Shown: positions 22,189 through 33,582 of the stretch, in pieces
How positions within the stretch are numbered: the first letter of the stretch is position 1
How the letters are laid out: each line of letters starts with the position of its first letter
The notes under the pieces: model-generated
What the model was told of the DNA's origin: nothing
The model's database searches: none
What the model saw: the letters and a program-made list of their open reading frames with translations, nothing else
Assembly (NCBI GenBank): GCA_963733675.1
Contig: CAVTET010000001.1
Location: 832,001-896,000, forward strand
Reading direction: 5' to 3'
Length of the DNA stretch: 64,000 nt
DNA from: an uncultured Methanosarcinaceae archaeon
GTDB taxonomy: Archaea; Halobacteriota; Methanosarcinia; Methanosarcinales; Methanosarcinaceae
Made by a program: the position numbers and the translations under genes

Positions 22189-22686
22189 TTATTCGATAAG
22201 TATGAGACAAAAACGATTCATCTTGTAGGATCTGTCCTTCAATACTTCAATACGATAGTCGTTATTCCTTACCGTGCTGAAAACGTCGATACCACAGCTT
22301 TCCATTGATGGCCTGGCACTCTCAGGATGCCTGCAATCTTTCATTGTACATTCAGTACAAAGCCTACAGGGACCGGCGCCCAGCGCGAAAGTCTTATAGT
22401 ACCCGGCAAGGAATATGTCTCTCTCAAGCGTGGTGATAAATTTCGTAAGATCTATAGGATCTTCGGTCACGTTGTCTACATCTTCTGTAAAATGCACTAG
22501 GAGCGCGTATTTATAGCAATCTACCATCTCCCGGGTCTCGCGATATGTGGGGGAGTTTGGTGGGCAGCAAAGGCTACTGTCATACCCATCACATCCATAC
22601 CTACACTTCCAGCAGATCCACGCCGCTGTGATAATACTATCCGTTTTTATAATCTTGGCATCGTTGGCGCCCAGTTTGACAGCCAT
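22189..22686 (-). CDS. DUF2284-type Cys-rich metal-binding protein
   Basis: WKCRYGC..Y....CCPP, GAGPCRLC..C....CRHP..ARPSMESCGIDVF. Confidence 0.8.
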   Translation of the reverse strand: MAVKLGANDAKIIKTDSIITAAWICWKCRYGCDGYDSSLCCPPNSPTYRETREMVDCYKYALLVHFTEDVDNVTEDPIDLTKFITTLERDIFLAGYYKTFALGAGPCRLCTECTMKDCRHPESARPSMESCGIDVFSTVRNNDYRIEVLKDRSYKMNRFCLILIE

Positions 22687-23900
22687 CTCAATGAATTTTC
22701 TATATTTTTCATATTATTCACTTCAGAAAATTAATCATTTTCATCGTATTTGTTATTCTTAATTTTTTCAGTGGTTCCCTAAAAACTATGTGTGTTTAAT
22801 CATAGAGTTTTGAGAGCATTTGACTGCATCAGCTAGCTAATTAAGCATGACCGTACTATTGAAATTTATTAATATGTTTTGATTTTTATCTATATTTTCA
22901 ATAACTCGATTATTTCATATCTTGTAGGAATATACAAGTTTCTACTTATTACATGCTCAGTAAAATGTAAATACATAGTAAGAAAATTATTGACAAATTA
23001 TGATAAATCCTAATGATTGTGATTTTAAATCAAGAAAATCCAAGGAAAGTCATTTTATAGAACACAAAAAACTTGGTAAAGCCGATCATGAGAAAGAGAA
23101 CATTGAAACCGATATTTTCAGATGTTCTAAAGAAAATAATATTCTTCTTATCATCGTTTTTGGATTTTTACTTCGGAATTAGAAACTCTTTATCTCAACT
23201 AAAGCTTCCGAAAATGGAAGTTAGAATCTTTCAGTGAAGGAACAAAATCGAAAAGTATAAGATATTTTCAGAAACGACGTTTATAAACAGGCAACTTCAG
23301 AAAATAAATAGCAAAAAAATGTGAGATGGATATAATCCAATATTGAAACAGAGAGGTAATACCGAAATTATCATTTTCCGCTCAGATCAGACTGCAATGT
23401 ATCCATAATTTTTTTCTGTTTCGAAGCAAAAATCTGCGGTCTGTTTTGCTCAGATTTTTGGCTAAAACTTCATTGACTCTTATTTTAGAAAAGCGAATCA
23501 ATAATTCCTTGAATTTAATAAGATGTGGATCGGTACCCTCGCAATTAGATAGCTCTTGAGATGATAGGATTCTTGCAACAGTATGGGTAGAAAGCTGTTC
23601 CCTGATCTGCAAATTTCGTTACTGGATAGATACTAAAAATTTGCTGTTGGATATGCACATCTCTTTTCTAGCAGTTACCTGTAGTAAGTTGCAGGAGCGG
23701 GTATTTTTGGTATTCAAGGAATATTATTACAATGAAATACGGATCCTCTATCATCCTCCTTCGGTAGTTACTGATGCAGAACTGATCCCAACAGATCCCT
23801 TGCAGGAAGGAAGCAGTTGGTCTTTATATGGTATTACATACAAATAAAATAATGACACGTGAATATAAATTTATAACCTAAATTAATATGGAGGGAAAAT

Positions 23901-24732
23901 ATGAGAAAAGAATTGCTTCTTCTGCTAGTATTGCTAAGTTTATTCCTTGCAATAGGATGCGTTGATAATAAAGGTGGATCTTCAAATACAACCAGAACTC
24001 CAGTTACAGCGGTAACTTCAGCAGATCAATGCCTAAAGTTATAACAAACAGTCTATGGAGCTGCAAGCCTTACTGAAGCTTTTACGAAAATTGCTTCCTA
24101 GTTTGAAAAGGAGAATACTGGAGCGAATGTAACCCTCAACTTTGGAGGTTCAAGGTAACCTACGTGTGCAAGTAGAGGGGAGAGCTTCTGTAGATGTTTT
24201 TGCCTCAGTTGACGAAAATCGAATTAATATACTTGGCAATAAATCACTTATTGTAAATAGTTCACGAAAAGATTTTGCTCACAATTCACTTGTGCTTATT
24301 ATCCCTGAAAACAGTGTTTTTAACATAGCCAGCATAAAAGATCCGGCGAACTCTAAAATTCAAAGAATAAGCATTGGAAATCCTGATACTTTGGCAGTAG
24401 GCGAATATTCGCCTCTCGCACTTAATGAGACTGGTTTGTGGAGTCAACTGAAAAATAAAGCAGTACTTGCTGAAGATGTCAAACAAGTATTTGTATACGT
24501 GGAAAGAGGAGATGCGGATGCAGGTTTTGTATATGTAACCGATGCAAAGACTGCACAACCCGGAACTATAAAAATAGTCACCAATATGTCTGTCAGTACC
24601 CCCATTAACTATCCAATAGCTATAATTTCTTCGTTTCCGCACAAAGAAAACGCTCAGAAATCCCTTGATTTCGTAACCGGGGCAGAAGGACCAAAAATAT
24701 TGAAAGAAGATGGGTTTGTTCCACAATCTTGA
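23901..24732 (+). pseudogene. modA: Molybdate ABC transporter substrate-binding protein, frameshifted
   Basis: Lipoprotein-like start MRKELLLLL...AIGC; VYGAASLTEAF, NFGGS, DVFAS, IGNP..GEY, VERGDADAGFVY.TDA and PINYPIA; stop and frameshifts before 24150. Confidence 0.85.
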
Positions 24733-24871
24733 TAAAATGCAGGATTTACACACTTTAGGAACGAAATAAATTACATTTGACATCGAGTTTTAAATTTGTA
24801 TTTAATCGATTAAAGGTTTAAATGCTATGGATTTTTTAGTTAAAATGTGTAAGTCTTCTAATTATTGAGTT

Positions 24872-25507
24872 TTAATTGTTGACATGATCTTCTAGTTTTA
24901 ATGCATTATAAGAAAGTAATCCTATCCAGATTGATCCACTAAATACTGTTAACCATTCTAAAATATGTAAATCTAATCCAATAATGAATGTGAGTATAAA
25001 TACAAAATTTGTAAAAATTGATGCAATAGCAAAATACCAAATCCATTTTATATATTTTGTATGGGCTTTTAGTACAATATTTGTGATTGTCATGAAGATT
25101 AATAGTAGTAAAAAAAATATTGCTGCCACTATATAGTGTATTCTTCCATAATCTTCTGAAAATATACCTGTCATAATAACAGCAATCGCCATCAAAAATC
25201 CACAATACTGAAGTATCAGAAAAAGGTTATCTTGATTCCGATTAATAGTCTTCCATTTTACTAGGTCTACTGTCTGTATGATAATGGCAAACCCTAAAAA
25301 AAGGCATCCTATGTCAAAGTAGATATGCCCTAAAGGATTTTTACTTGAATTCCCCAAGTCACTTAACCAATTATTAAATGGTGAATAAGGACCATTATAT
25401 ACTATTTTGGAAGCCAGTGTAAGTGCGTAAAAAATCACCAAAGCCAAAATATCCCCATAACTTGTTAAGGTTATTTTCATTGAGTTCAAAGGCTTCATAA
25501 AAATCAA
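24872..25507 (-). CDS. DUF998-like membrane protein
   Basis: YSPFNNWLSDLG motif, GIFSED...IH, 5-6 TM segments, LEW near the C-terminus. Confidence 0.75.
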   Translation of the reverse strand: MIFMKPLNSMKITLTSYGDILALVIFYALTLASKIVYNGPYSPFNNWLSDLGNSSKNPLGHIYFDIGCLFLGFAIIIQTVDLVKWKTINRNQDNLFLILQYCGFLMAIAVIMTGIFSEDYGRIHYIVAAIFFLLLLIFMTITNIVLKAHTKYIKWIWYFAIASIFTNFVFILTFIIGLDLHILEWLTVFSGSIWIGLLSYNALKLEDHVNN

Positions 25508-26056
25508 TTAGTTTAAATATATAACGAATCGCTTGCAACATAAATTATGATTATTGATCTTAATAATTTAACTCTATCCTTAATTGTCTACTTTAAAGAA
25601 TCTGGATTTACTCCTGATTTGTTCTCTTTGGGCAATTTCTCAATTTTTCCTTTAAAATCTGATGCTAATTTTTTTCTCTTTCGTCCAAGCACATTTTTTG
25701 CTATAAAACAAACGTATATTCTCAACGTAAAATCTCTATTACGATTTCATTCACTAGCACTCCGAACTCACAAACTTAGGAGGATAAAAAACACATATCA
25801 AACTTATTATTAAATAAATTAGTTAATTTTTTAGCTCAGTTTAATTTTATGTTTATAAGTTTGAGACTAACTATCGTCTCATTTTCACAAAATAATGCAA
25901 AATGCCCACTGATTCAGGTGCATACTTCTTAGGGTATAAAACTATATTTAATATATTTAGATAACGATTAATTATAAATAAATAATTTCTCATATATTAA
26001 ATGGTTGATGTGAAATAAATTGAAAAACGGATGTGAAATAATATGGTAAAATGTAG

Positions 26057-26185
26057 ATGCTCTCGCCAGGACTGGCTCTAACACCTCTGGCCACTGTTGC
26101 TGGTGCTACATCTACCTACGCTGTGGCTAAGCTTACTGCTGTAGCTGCCAACGAAGCTGCTAAAAAGGCTATTACCAAAATATAA
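26057..26185 (+). CDS. Candidate 42-aa Ala-rich peptide (MLSPGLALTPLATVAGATSTYAVAKLTAVAANEAAKKAITKI)
   Basis: GC-richer island with regular GCT codons in AT-rich DNA; start uncertain (an upstream ATG at 26043 is out of frame). Confidence 0.4.
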   Translation: MLSPGLALTPLATVAGATSTYAVAKLTAVAANEAAKKAITKI

Positions 26186-26292
26186 TTGTCTTCTTAAATT
26201 TCATTTGTTTTCTCTTCATTTTTATCAAATTTGACTTTGTTTAGGCCTGAAATAAGAATTATAGGGTCTAAAAAGGCTTAATTACTTGCTTT

Positions 26293-26538
26293 GGTTCCGT
26301 TGCAAAAAATTCAAAATAAGCCTGTAAATTTATAAGTAATGAATAAAATCAAAATATTCAAGAAAAATGTACTAACATTATAAAACTAGGTTCCGTTGCA
26401 AAAATATTATTTCTGCATTTTGACACTATAATTTTCACCTTTAGGTGTCATTTTCTTTCTAATGAAAATGATTAACTTTCCCAATTGTGAAAGTTTTTTC
26501 TGATTTTGCAAGAAAGCTAGATTTTTTGCAACGGAACC
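26293..26538 (-). mobile_element. IS6 right-end fragment (26293-26388) fused to a 150-bp IS6-derived MITE (26389-26538)
   Basis: Three GGTTCCGTTGCAAAAA-type IRs; the internal sequences match the IS6 3' end and the MITE at 38331-38480. Confidence 0.88.
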
Positions 26539-26597
26539 GCTTTCCTTTACGCTAACTTTGATTTTATATTTTACATAGGAAATGGATATGTACCTGA

Positions 26598-26830
26598 TCA
26601 GGACTTACGCATTTGAGCCATAAAATCAATAAAATTAAACATTCAACTGTCTGAATAGTAAATTTAATCACAATAGAAATCGTGATTGATTTCATATTTT
26701 ACATATTTACAGTTCCATTTAGGTCGTTTACGCTTTTACCTCTTTGACTTTAAATTACGGATCTTTTGATTTTTATTTATTACTTATATATAGATTCACA
26801 TGCTTATTTTGAAGTTTTTGCAACGGAATC
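26598..26830 (+). mobile_element. Other IS/MITE end (CAGGACTTACGCA...) followed by a degenerate IS6 right end (to 26830)
   Basis: 26760-26830 matches the IS6 3' terminus (TTTTTGCAACGGAATC). Confidence 0.55.
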
Positions 26831-26892
26831 TAGGGAGGTAATCAATATGGTAAGCACCATCAAACGCGGGATTCTGCTCCTCTGTTGCGAGT

Positions 26893-27760
26893 TTAGATGG
26901 TTTCGGTCTCGCGCAGGGTAAGCGGACTCTGCAACACGTAGCGTGCGATTTCATCCTTGCGCAGTAAAACCACATCCGACCGACTTTTCGCGTAGCGCAG
27001 AAAGTCGTCCCACATGCGCACCATCTGTGGCGAACCGTTGATACGGTCGTGAGCGCTGACAGACATCATGCGGCGGCGTGTATCGGCTTCGTCGTAGAGT
27101 TGGTCGAAGTCCAACTTGATCTGGTCGAGGAATTTTGCTGGAGAGTAGTTGCGACCCTCGATTAGTAGGATATCATTGTTATGCAGCGTGTAGGGAATGA
27201 CGACGAAGTCCTTGCCATTCACTTGCTCGATGAACGGTTCGTCGCGGCTGACATCGTCGATATGGTAGACGTAGCCCAATTCCTGCAGTGGCGACAGTGT
27301 GTTAGGGCTGCGCCTCAACCAGTTACAGTTGTAGCCGATTGGTCGCTGACCGGTGACCGTTTCGACCATGCTGGCTGCCTGGGCGAGGAATGTTCTTTCT
27401 TCCTCGCGACTCATTGCATATTGTGAACTCCAGTGTGGACCATGTCCAGCAGCCTCATGGCCACGATCGACAATCTCCTTGACCAGATCCGGATGATGCT
27501 GGGCCGCTTCGCCGATCCATATGCGAAGTGACTTTGATGCCGTGGCGATCCCACAGGTCGAGCATGCGCGGAATGCCCTCGCGATAGCCGTAAGCAAACC
27601 AGGTGTTGGTTGCTGCATCCGATGGAACGCTGGGGGGAAATCGACTTTTGGGAAGGGGCTGTCTGTACCTTTGGATGGCTGTCCACCAGCTTCAAATTGC
27701 ATGGAGATGGAAACAACCAGTTGGACCCCCCCTGGCCAAAACTTTTCATAGTGGCAGTGC
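26893..27760 (-). pseudogene. GC-rich, bacterial-type polysaccharide deacetylase (CE4/PuuE-like) with compensating frameshifts
   Basis: FWPGG.QLVVSISMQFEAGGQP; WFAYGYREGIPRMLDLWDRHGIKVTSHM in an alternate frame; GHEAAGHG..W, PIGYNCNWLR, SRDEPF, PYTLHNND and MSVSAHDRI.G.P. Confidence 0.85.
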
Positions 27761-27832
27761 CACCACGTCTTCTCGCCTTTCGAATAGTAATATCTCCTTT
27801 CGACTCCTTTTTCGCCATAAACATCACTAAGT

Positions 27833-28051
27833 TTGTTACAAAATCAGTGAAAACATTCACAATTAGGAAAGTTAATCATTTTAATTAGAAAGAAAATGAC
27901 ACCTAAAGGTGAAAATTATAGTGTCAAATTGCAGAAATAATATTTTTGCAACGGAACCTAGTTTTATAATGTTAGTACATTTTTCTTGAATATTTTGACT
28001 TTTTTATACTCATAGATTTACATATTTTTTTGAATTTTTTGCAACGGAACC
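27833..28051 (+). mobile_element. Partial MITE (to 27958) fused to an IS6 right end (27959-28051); inverted copy of 26293-26538
   Basis: Same junction GGAACC|TAGTTTTATAA as the left unit; IRs end at 27958 and 28051. Confidence 0.85.
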
Positions 28052-28203
28052 GCTTATTCATAAGTTGCAATCGGCAAACCTATAATCGTGTCAATAAATG
28101 TGATATTCAAAGTCCATTATCTAAACAGGTGATGAGCTTAAAAATAAACAAGGGGTAGATAATCCGAGTAAATGCTACCTGTTATATTAGTATACACATG
28201 ATC

Positions 28204-28907
28204 TTAAATTCCATCCCCACGATCTACTGCGTTTTGTGAGAATCCGGCGCCATCCGGTTTCCCCCAGAAGTTACCCCCAATATAAGGTCCACCGATAATA
28301 TTAATGCCTGGAATTTTTATGGTGTTATAGGCATTTCCTATCCCATTTTTAATGGTTATTTTGTTTTCATTGAAATAATTGTTGTAAACAAGGTTTCTGT
28401 TGCTTCTGCTACAGATAAAAAAACCTAAATTATCACTATTTTGAATAGTGTTGCTTGATAATATATTATCATTAGATGTGCCCATATAAATTCCATTGTG
28501 ATTATTAGAAACCTTATTTCCTAAGAGTGTATTGAAATTGGCGCTTGCAAGCAAAATTTCACCGTACAATCCATTATTAGCAGCTATATTATTAGATATC
28601 TTACTCTTTGTGGCACACCAGAGATAAATTCCACACGAATTATTCAATAGGATATTATTTTCAATTGTGCAGTTATCGCTAGAACATAGAAAGATTCCTG
28701 CATAGCTGGGTTCGGTTGCTCCACTTATTTTGAACCCACTAAGTTTTATATCATTTGCTTTTAAGAGAAAAACATCAGCGTGCGAATTCCTGGCTTTAAT
28801 TATAGTATTATTTGGATCTCCAGAATCGGATCGAATTGTAAGATTTTCTTTGGCTATTTTGATATTTTCTACATATGTGCCTGGTTTTACGATAATTACA
28901 TCACCTG
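28204..28907 (-). pseudogene. 5'-truncated NosD/parallel beta-helix surface protein
   Basis: Open frame SGDVIIVKPGTYVENI...LTIRS.SG.P..TII...GI.L..S.N..I.NN...YNNYFN...NIIGGPYIGGNFWGKPDG.GFSQ with no start codon. Confidence 0.8.
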
Positions 28908-28910
28908 AGA

Positions 28911-29230
28911 CTGAAATTGAAGGAGCTGATCCTAGGGGTGCTTATCTTGGAGGAGCTAATCTTATTGGTGCTCATCTTGAAGAAACAAATCTTAAAGGTA
29001 CCAATCTTGAAGGAGCTTGTCTTAAAATGGCTCATCTTGGAGAGACAGATCTTAAAGGTGCTTATCTTAAAGGAGCTGACCTTAAAAGAACTTATTTGAA
29101 AGGAGCCAAGAACTTATCAATTGAGCAGCTTTCTAAAGTGAAAACACCTTATGATACTAAATTAGACGAAAAACTTCTCATACAATTAAAAAAAAAATAT
29201 ACTGTCCTTTTTGAAGAACCTAATGAATGA
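28911..29230 (+). pseudogene. C-terminal fragment of a pentapeptide-repeat protein
   Basis: A(D/N/H/Y)L.G repeats followed by AKNLSIEQLSKVKT.Y.TKLD; the first 60 aa of ORF 28730 are antisense to the NosD gene. Confidence 0.8.
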
Positions 29231-29699
29231 GCGGATATCATCAAAATTTCCAACCTGCTTTATCATTTTTCTTTATTGTCTAATAACTAATGCATAGGTT
29301 TTATAGCAAAATCTCTGCATTAAAATACTAGTTTTTTAAGCTCACTCATTGAATCTGGAATCTGTTTTTGTGGTGAAGATAACGGATGCAGAGTCGATCC
29401 GATTTACAGAATTTTCGGTACACTGCACTGATACATTTGATCGTTTGTAAAATTATCAAGGATTTAGTCCTAAATAAGTTATCAAATGAGACTTATTTTA
29501 CACTCCGTTTTTCAAATTGATTTAAATTTCAAAAAGCTAAAATACTGAATCCGATCCCAAATAGTACAATTTGAATTAAAAATAATAAATAATTAAAAAC
29601 CATATAATATTTTATTGTAAATATATGGTGAAAGTGATTATAAGTTAAAATTAATCCTAAAATCGTTAAAGGTATTTTTAGTGAAATGGCACTCCGGCG

Positions 29700-29865
29700 C
29701 TGTTCATTTGCAGTATGATGGAACATGGGATATTGGTCCGAACTTAAAACAGATTAACTATTATGAAAATCAAAAATCATAATGAATTAGAGAGAAATAC
29801 TGTTGACGATGCACACGTCAACAGTATCTAATTTACTGTATGAGGTTTTTGATCTGTTCTGCAAA
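29700..29865 (-). ncRNA. Candidate structured sRNA, copy 1
   Basis: Perfect 12-bp hairpin at 29797-29827, second hairpin at ~29760-29783, conserved TCATTTGCAGTATGA block and TATA-like element at 29882-29899; paralog at 32990-33190. Confidence 0.45.
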
Positions 29866-31289
29866 ATGGTAATTGTTCTCTTACTTTATAAATATTTTTA
29901 ATACAATATATCTTAAAATATGATGTATGGGTTTTCAAACAAAAACTGTGCATTGATTAATTGCAGTCTTCATAGTAGAACTCACCATTTTATCCAATGA
30001 GGAAAATGCATTTATAGTGAAGTATCATAATTTCTTCACTAGTCTTAAACTTAAATGTGAAGCACGGAGAAATGAGTAAATAGTTACAATTAGGCAAAAT
30101 TTGCAAGTTTAAAGCTGGTGCTTGTCAGCAAACGCAAATAAGTAAATAATCAGGCAAAAAAATCGGAGGGACAGAACTTGATGCAATCATTTATAGTAGA
30201 ACATTACCTCAACAAGAAAGTAGATGTTTACTGTGGCGGACCCGATGTTTTCAGGGGAATCATTGAAGCTTGTGCCGATAATGTTCTTACTCTCAATGAC
30301 GATGGAAAATTTACCCATGTAGCTATCGATAAAATAATCGCCTTGTGGGCTCAATGAGCTCCATGAGTAACAGATCTTCAATGTTTTCTTATTCTGGATG
30401 GAGCTTAGGAAATTCAGAGATTTTAGCACAAAAACTGTGCATAAACAGGCTGTACACGTTCAAAGCTTAGTCAAAGAGAAAGAAGTTAAAAAAGTAAATG
30501 GGCATCGGTTTTTTGATATTGGGGAGTGGGGGGTAGTATTAATTTGGGAAATAAAAGAAGTTATCTCCGATGTCCTATAAGCTAATATTACTTATTATTA
30601 TATAAACAAATGTTAATAACGATAAATTATTGTATTTTTTAGAAGTACTGTGAATCACTATAAATAATAAGCAGTACCGCATTTAAAGTTACGATTGCTC
30701 ATTATATAATTGTAAAAGTTGATCTAATTTTAAGCTCTCTGACTTCACAGGGATACATTAGAAATGTGGAACTCAATCCTTAATAAGACGACAGCAGTGA
30801 AGAACTATGAGCATCAGCGACATATAAAAAAATAGATCTTATAAGTTGTGGGTAATTATACAATATACATCGAAGCATTCCTTGACAATTTTTCACTTTC
30901 AGACACATAATCACGCTAAGACATTTTTTTTTGGGATCTACGCCATAGTGCATTTATGGATCCTGATATATAAATGAAAACAAAAGAATATATATTTTGT
31001 GTATATTTCCTATATAGTAATGGCTATCACTCAATAGACAATGTGTACGTAGTCAAAATCCCACTGATCATGACAGCAACTTTTTGGAATGAATGATTAC
31101 TATTCTACTGGTAATTATATATAAGAACATAAAAAGTATGGCAAAACCTATTAAGAAGTTCTTTTTTAGTAAGAATAACAATTTGGAAAAATTTGTTATA
31201 AACTTATTGAGTCAAGTTGTGGTATTGATGAATTAAGTTCCTGATTTAGTTTATTCATGTTTTAACCCAATGTTTTTTGGAGAACTCAT

Positions 31290-31899
31290 ATGAAACAAAT
31301 TGAGGTAAATGATTGCGAAGAAGTATCATTATCAATGAGACTGATTATAGAAAACCTAAAAGAGGTAATTGATAAACTTGATAGGGAAGCCATAAAGGCG
31401 ATGCTCCAAAAAACAATTGACGGTAATCAAATTTTTGTAATGGGAGCCGGAAGATCGAGACTTGTTGGCAAAGCATTTGCAATGCGACTTATGCAGCTTG
31501 GACTTAGTGTGTATGTGGTCGGTGAGATCACAACTCCTGCTATTTTAGGATGTCGTGATTGCTATTTCTGGGTCCGGAGAAACCCATACTGTAGCTGACC
31601 TTGGAAAATTAGCAAAAGATATCGGCTCAACCCTTATAACAATTACATCTAAAAAAGATTCTACACTGGGTAGAATTTCCGATATTGCTGTGATCATTCC
31701 AAGCAAAACGAAAAATGACCATGATGAAGCCGGCTACCTTGAAAGACACATGCGTGGTGACTACAAAAACATCTCTCCTTTGGGAACTTCTTTTGAAATT
31801 ACTGCACTTGTTTTCTTGGACTCTGTGGTTAGCCAGCTGATTACGATAACCGGCGCTTCGGAAGCCGAACTTAAATCAAGGCACACGAACATCGAATAA
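31290..31899 (+). pseudogene. hxlB: 6-phospho-3-hexuloisomerase (SIS domain), frameshifted near 31550
   Basis: IFVMGAGRS.LV.KAFAMRLMQLG..VYVVGE.TTPA | IAISGSGET...PLGTSFE...RHTNIE. Confidence 0.9.
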
Positions 31900-32265
31900 A
31901 GTCTGAAGATCAACCGAAAGAGAGAACATTTCAGAAGTAGTGAATTGAGGAATATAGGGGAGTTCACTTTTTGTAGATCAAATCGTGATGGTCGAAATTT
32001 TATAACAACACGGTTTTCGATTCATTATCTATCAAAAATTTTAAAACTAAAGGGTCGATATGCACTCTGCTTAATCCGCTTTTGTCGTGCCTGAGATTTT
32101 TATACCTATGCGGCTCAATGCTGATCTGGCTTGTTTTTCTCAAAATATCGTCGTACAATTATCGATTTTTCTTATTTTGTTTGGAACTTCGGAAATGCAT
32201 AGATTTCGACACAAAAACTGTGCATGAAAATTGAAAAATAGTGAAAATTTGGATAGATCTCAATT

Positions 32266-32571
32266 TTAGGAGGAGCCGCCTTCTGGAGTACCTGGTGATC
32301 TGCGACGATTTAATCTCTCATTTGTACCGGTATTAATGCCAGTGGGTGGCTCGCTAAACACAGGAATATCACCATCCCAATATACAGGAGTATCAGTGGT
32401 AGTAATGTGACCAGGTATTTCTGTGTAATAGGTATAATAGTTACGGTAGGCCTCATCACCTTGTTTTATATGGTCTGCACTCGATAATACAGCTGTCAAA
32501 GGCAAAACAAAAAGGCCTATCAGCAAAACAGCCAGTACCTTCTTCATTTTAATAGATGATTGCTTCAACAT
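32266..32571 (-). CDS. Small secreted protein of the MLKQSS-leader family
   Basis: MLKQSSIKMKKVLAVLLIGLFVLPLTAVLSSA signal; GGAG RBS; Tyr/Thr/Pro-rich mature part. Confidence 0.75.
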   Translation of the reverse strand: MLKQSSIKMKKVLAVLLIGLFVLPLTAVLSSADHIKQGDEAYRNYYTYYTEIPGHITTTDTPVYWDGDIPVFSEPPTGINTGTNERLNRRRSPGTPEGGSS

Positions 32572-32989
32572 TTATTTTACTCCTATTATTAAATTAACAA
32601 GAAAATTTTTAGATTATGTTGTTGAATTATGTATATAATTTAGAAGAATTATTTTAAATTATTTATAAAAAATATAGTTCTAAACAAAAAGTCTTTCCAA
32701 ATCGAATATTTTAACATTGAACAACTATTAAATATAAATTATGTATTATTATAATTTAGAAATAATAGTTGCATTTTCATTGCTCATTTTTCCAAAAAAG
32801 TCAAAATCTGATGTAAGTTTATATTCATTTGTAGATATATTATAGACATTATATACTTCCATCTCTCTAAACCGTGAAGGATCAGAATCTACGATATATA
32901 GATTTAGACCCAAAAACTCTGCATAATTAAAATATAGTGTCTTTTAAAGAAAAAAAATAGTATTTCTAGTAAACGGATATCTAACACAT

Positions 32990-33155
32990 TCTCATTTGCA
33001 GTATGACGGAGCAGTTGGTATGGGTTCGAACTTTGAAAAAATAGATTATTATAGGACTCTAACTTCATAATAAATTAAATATTGATGTTACTGCTGACGA
33101 TGCACACATCAACAGTATTTACCCCATTCTGGGAAAACTATTTTTCTGTCCCCCA
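32990..33155 (-). ncRNA. Candidate structured sRNA, copy 2
   Basis: Hairpin at 33088-33118 whose two internal substitutions become G-U pairs on the minus strand; same 55-nt spacing to the TATA-like element as copy 1. Confidence 0.45.
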
Positions 33156-33582
33156 AATAGTGTTAGTTTTACTACTTTACATATTTTTTCATAATGTTCT
33201 CGGTATTCTAAGTATGATTGTAGTTTAGTTTAATTAGTTCCAAATGTTCAGGAGCCCTAGATGTTCTATGAGTCCCATAAGCTTCGGGAGTCATAAAGCA
33301 GTAACCCTTTCTTATTTCAAATGGAGCTAGGAAATTTCGAGATTTTAAGATAAACATTGTGCATAAGATTATGCCATTTTAAAAATATTGCTTTAAAGTG
33401 TAGATCGATAAGAATTTCAATAAACCGATTTTTTAATGAACAATTTATATATTATTCATAGTATATAACTAATTTATGGGTTCATAGTAATCTGCTATAT
33501 AATCTATTACAATAACTCATGGGCATAACTAAGAATCTATAGATTTTAAAATATGAAAAATTGAATAAATGGAGTAATCTAA

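Noticed and set aside
23000-23850. Short ORFs between DUF2284 and modA
   Set aside because: Probably decayed gene fragments, but no family could be assigned from sequence alone.
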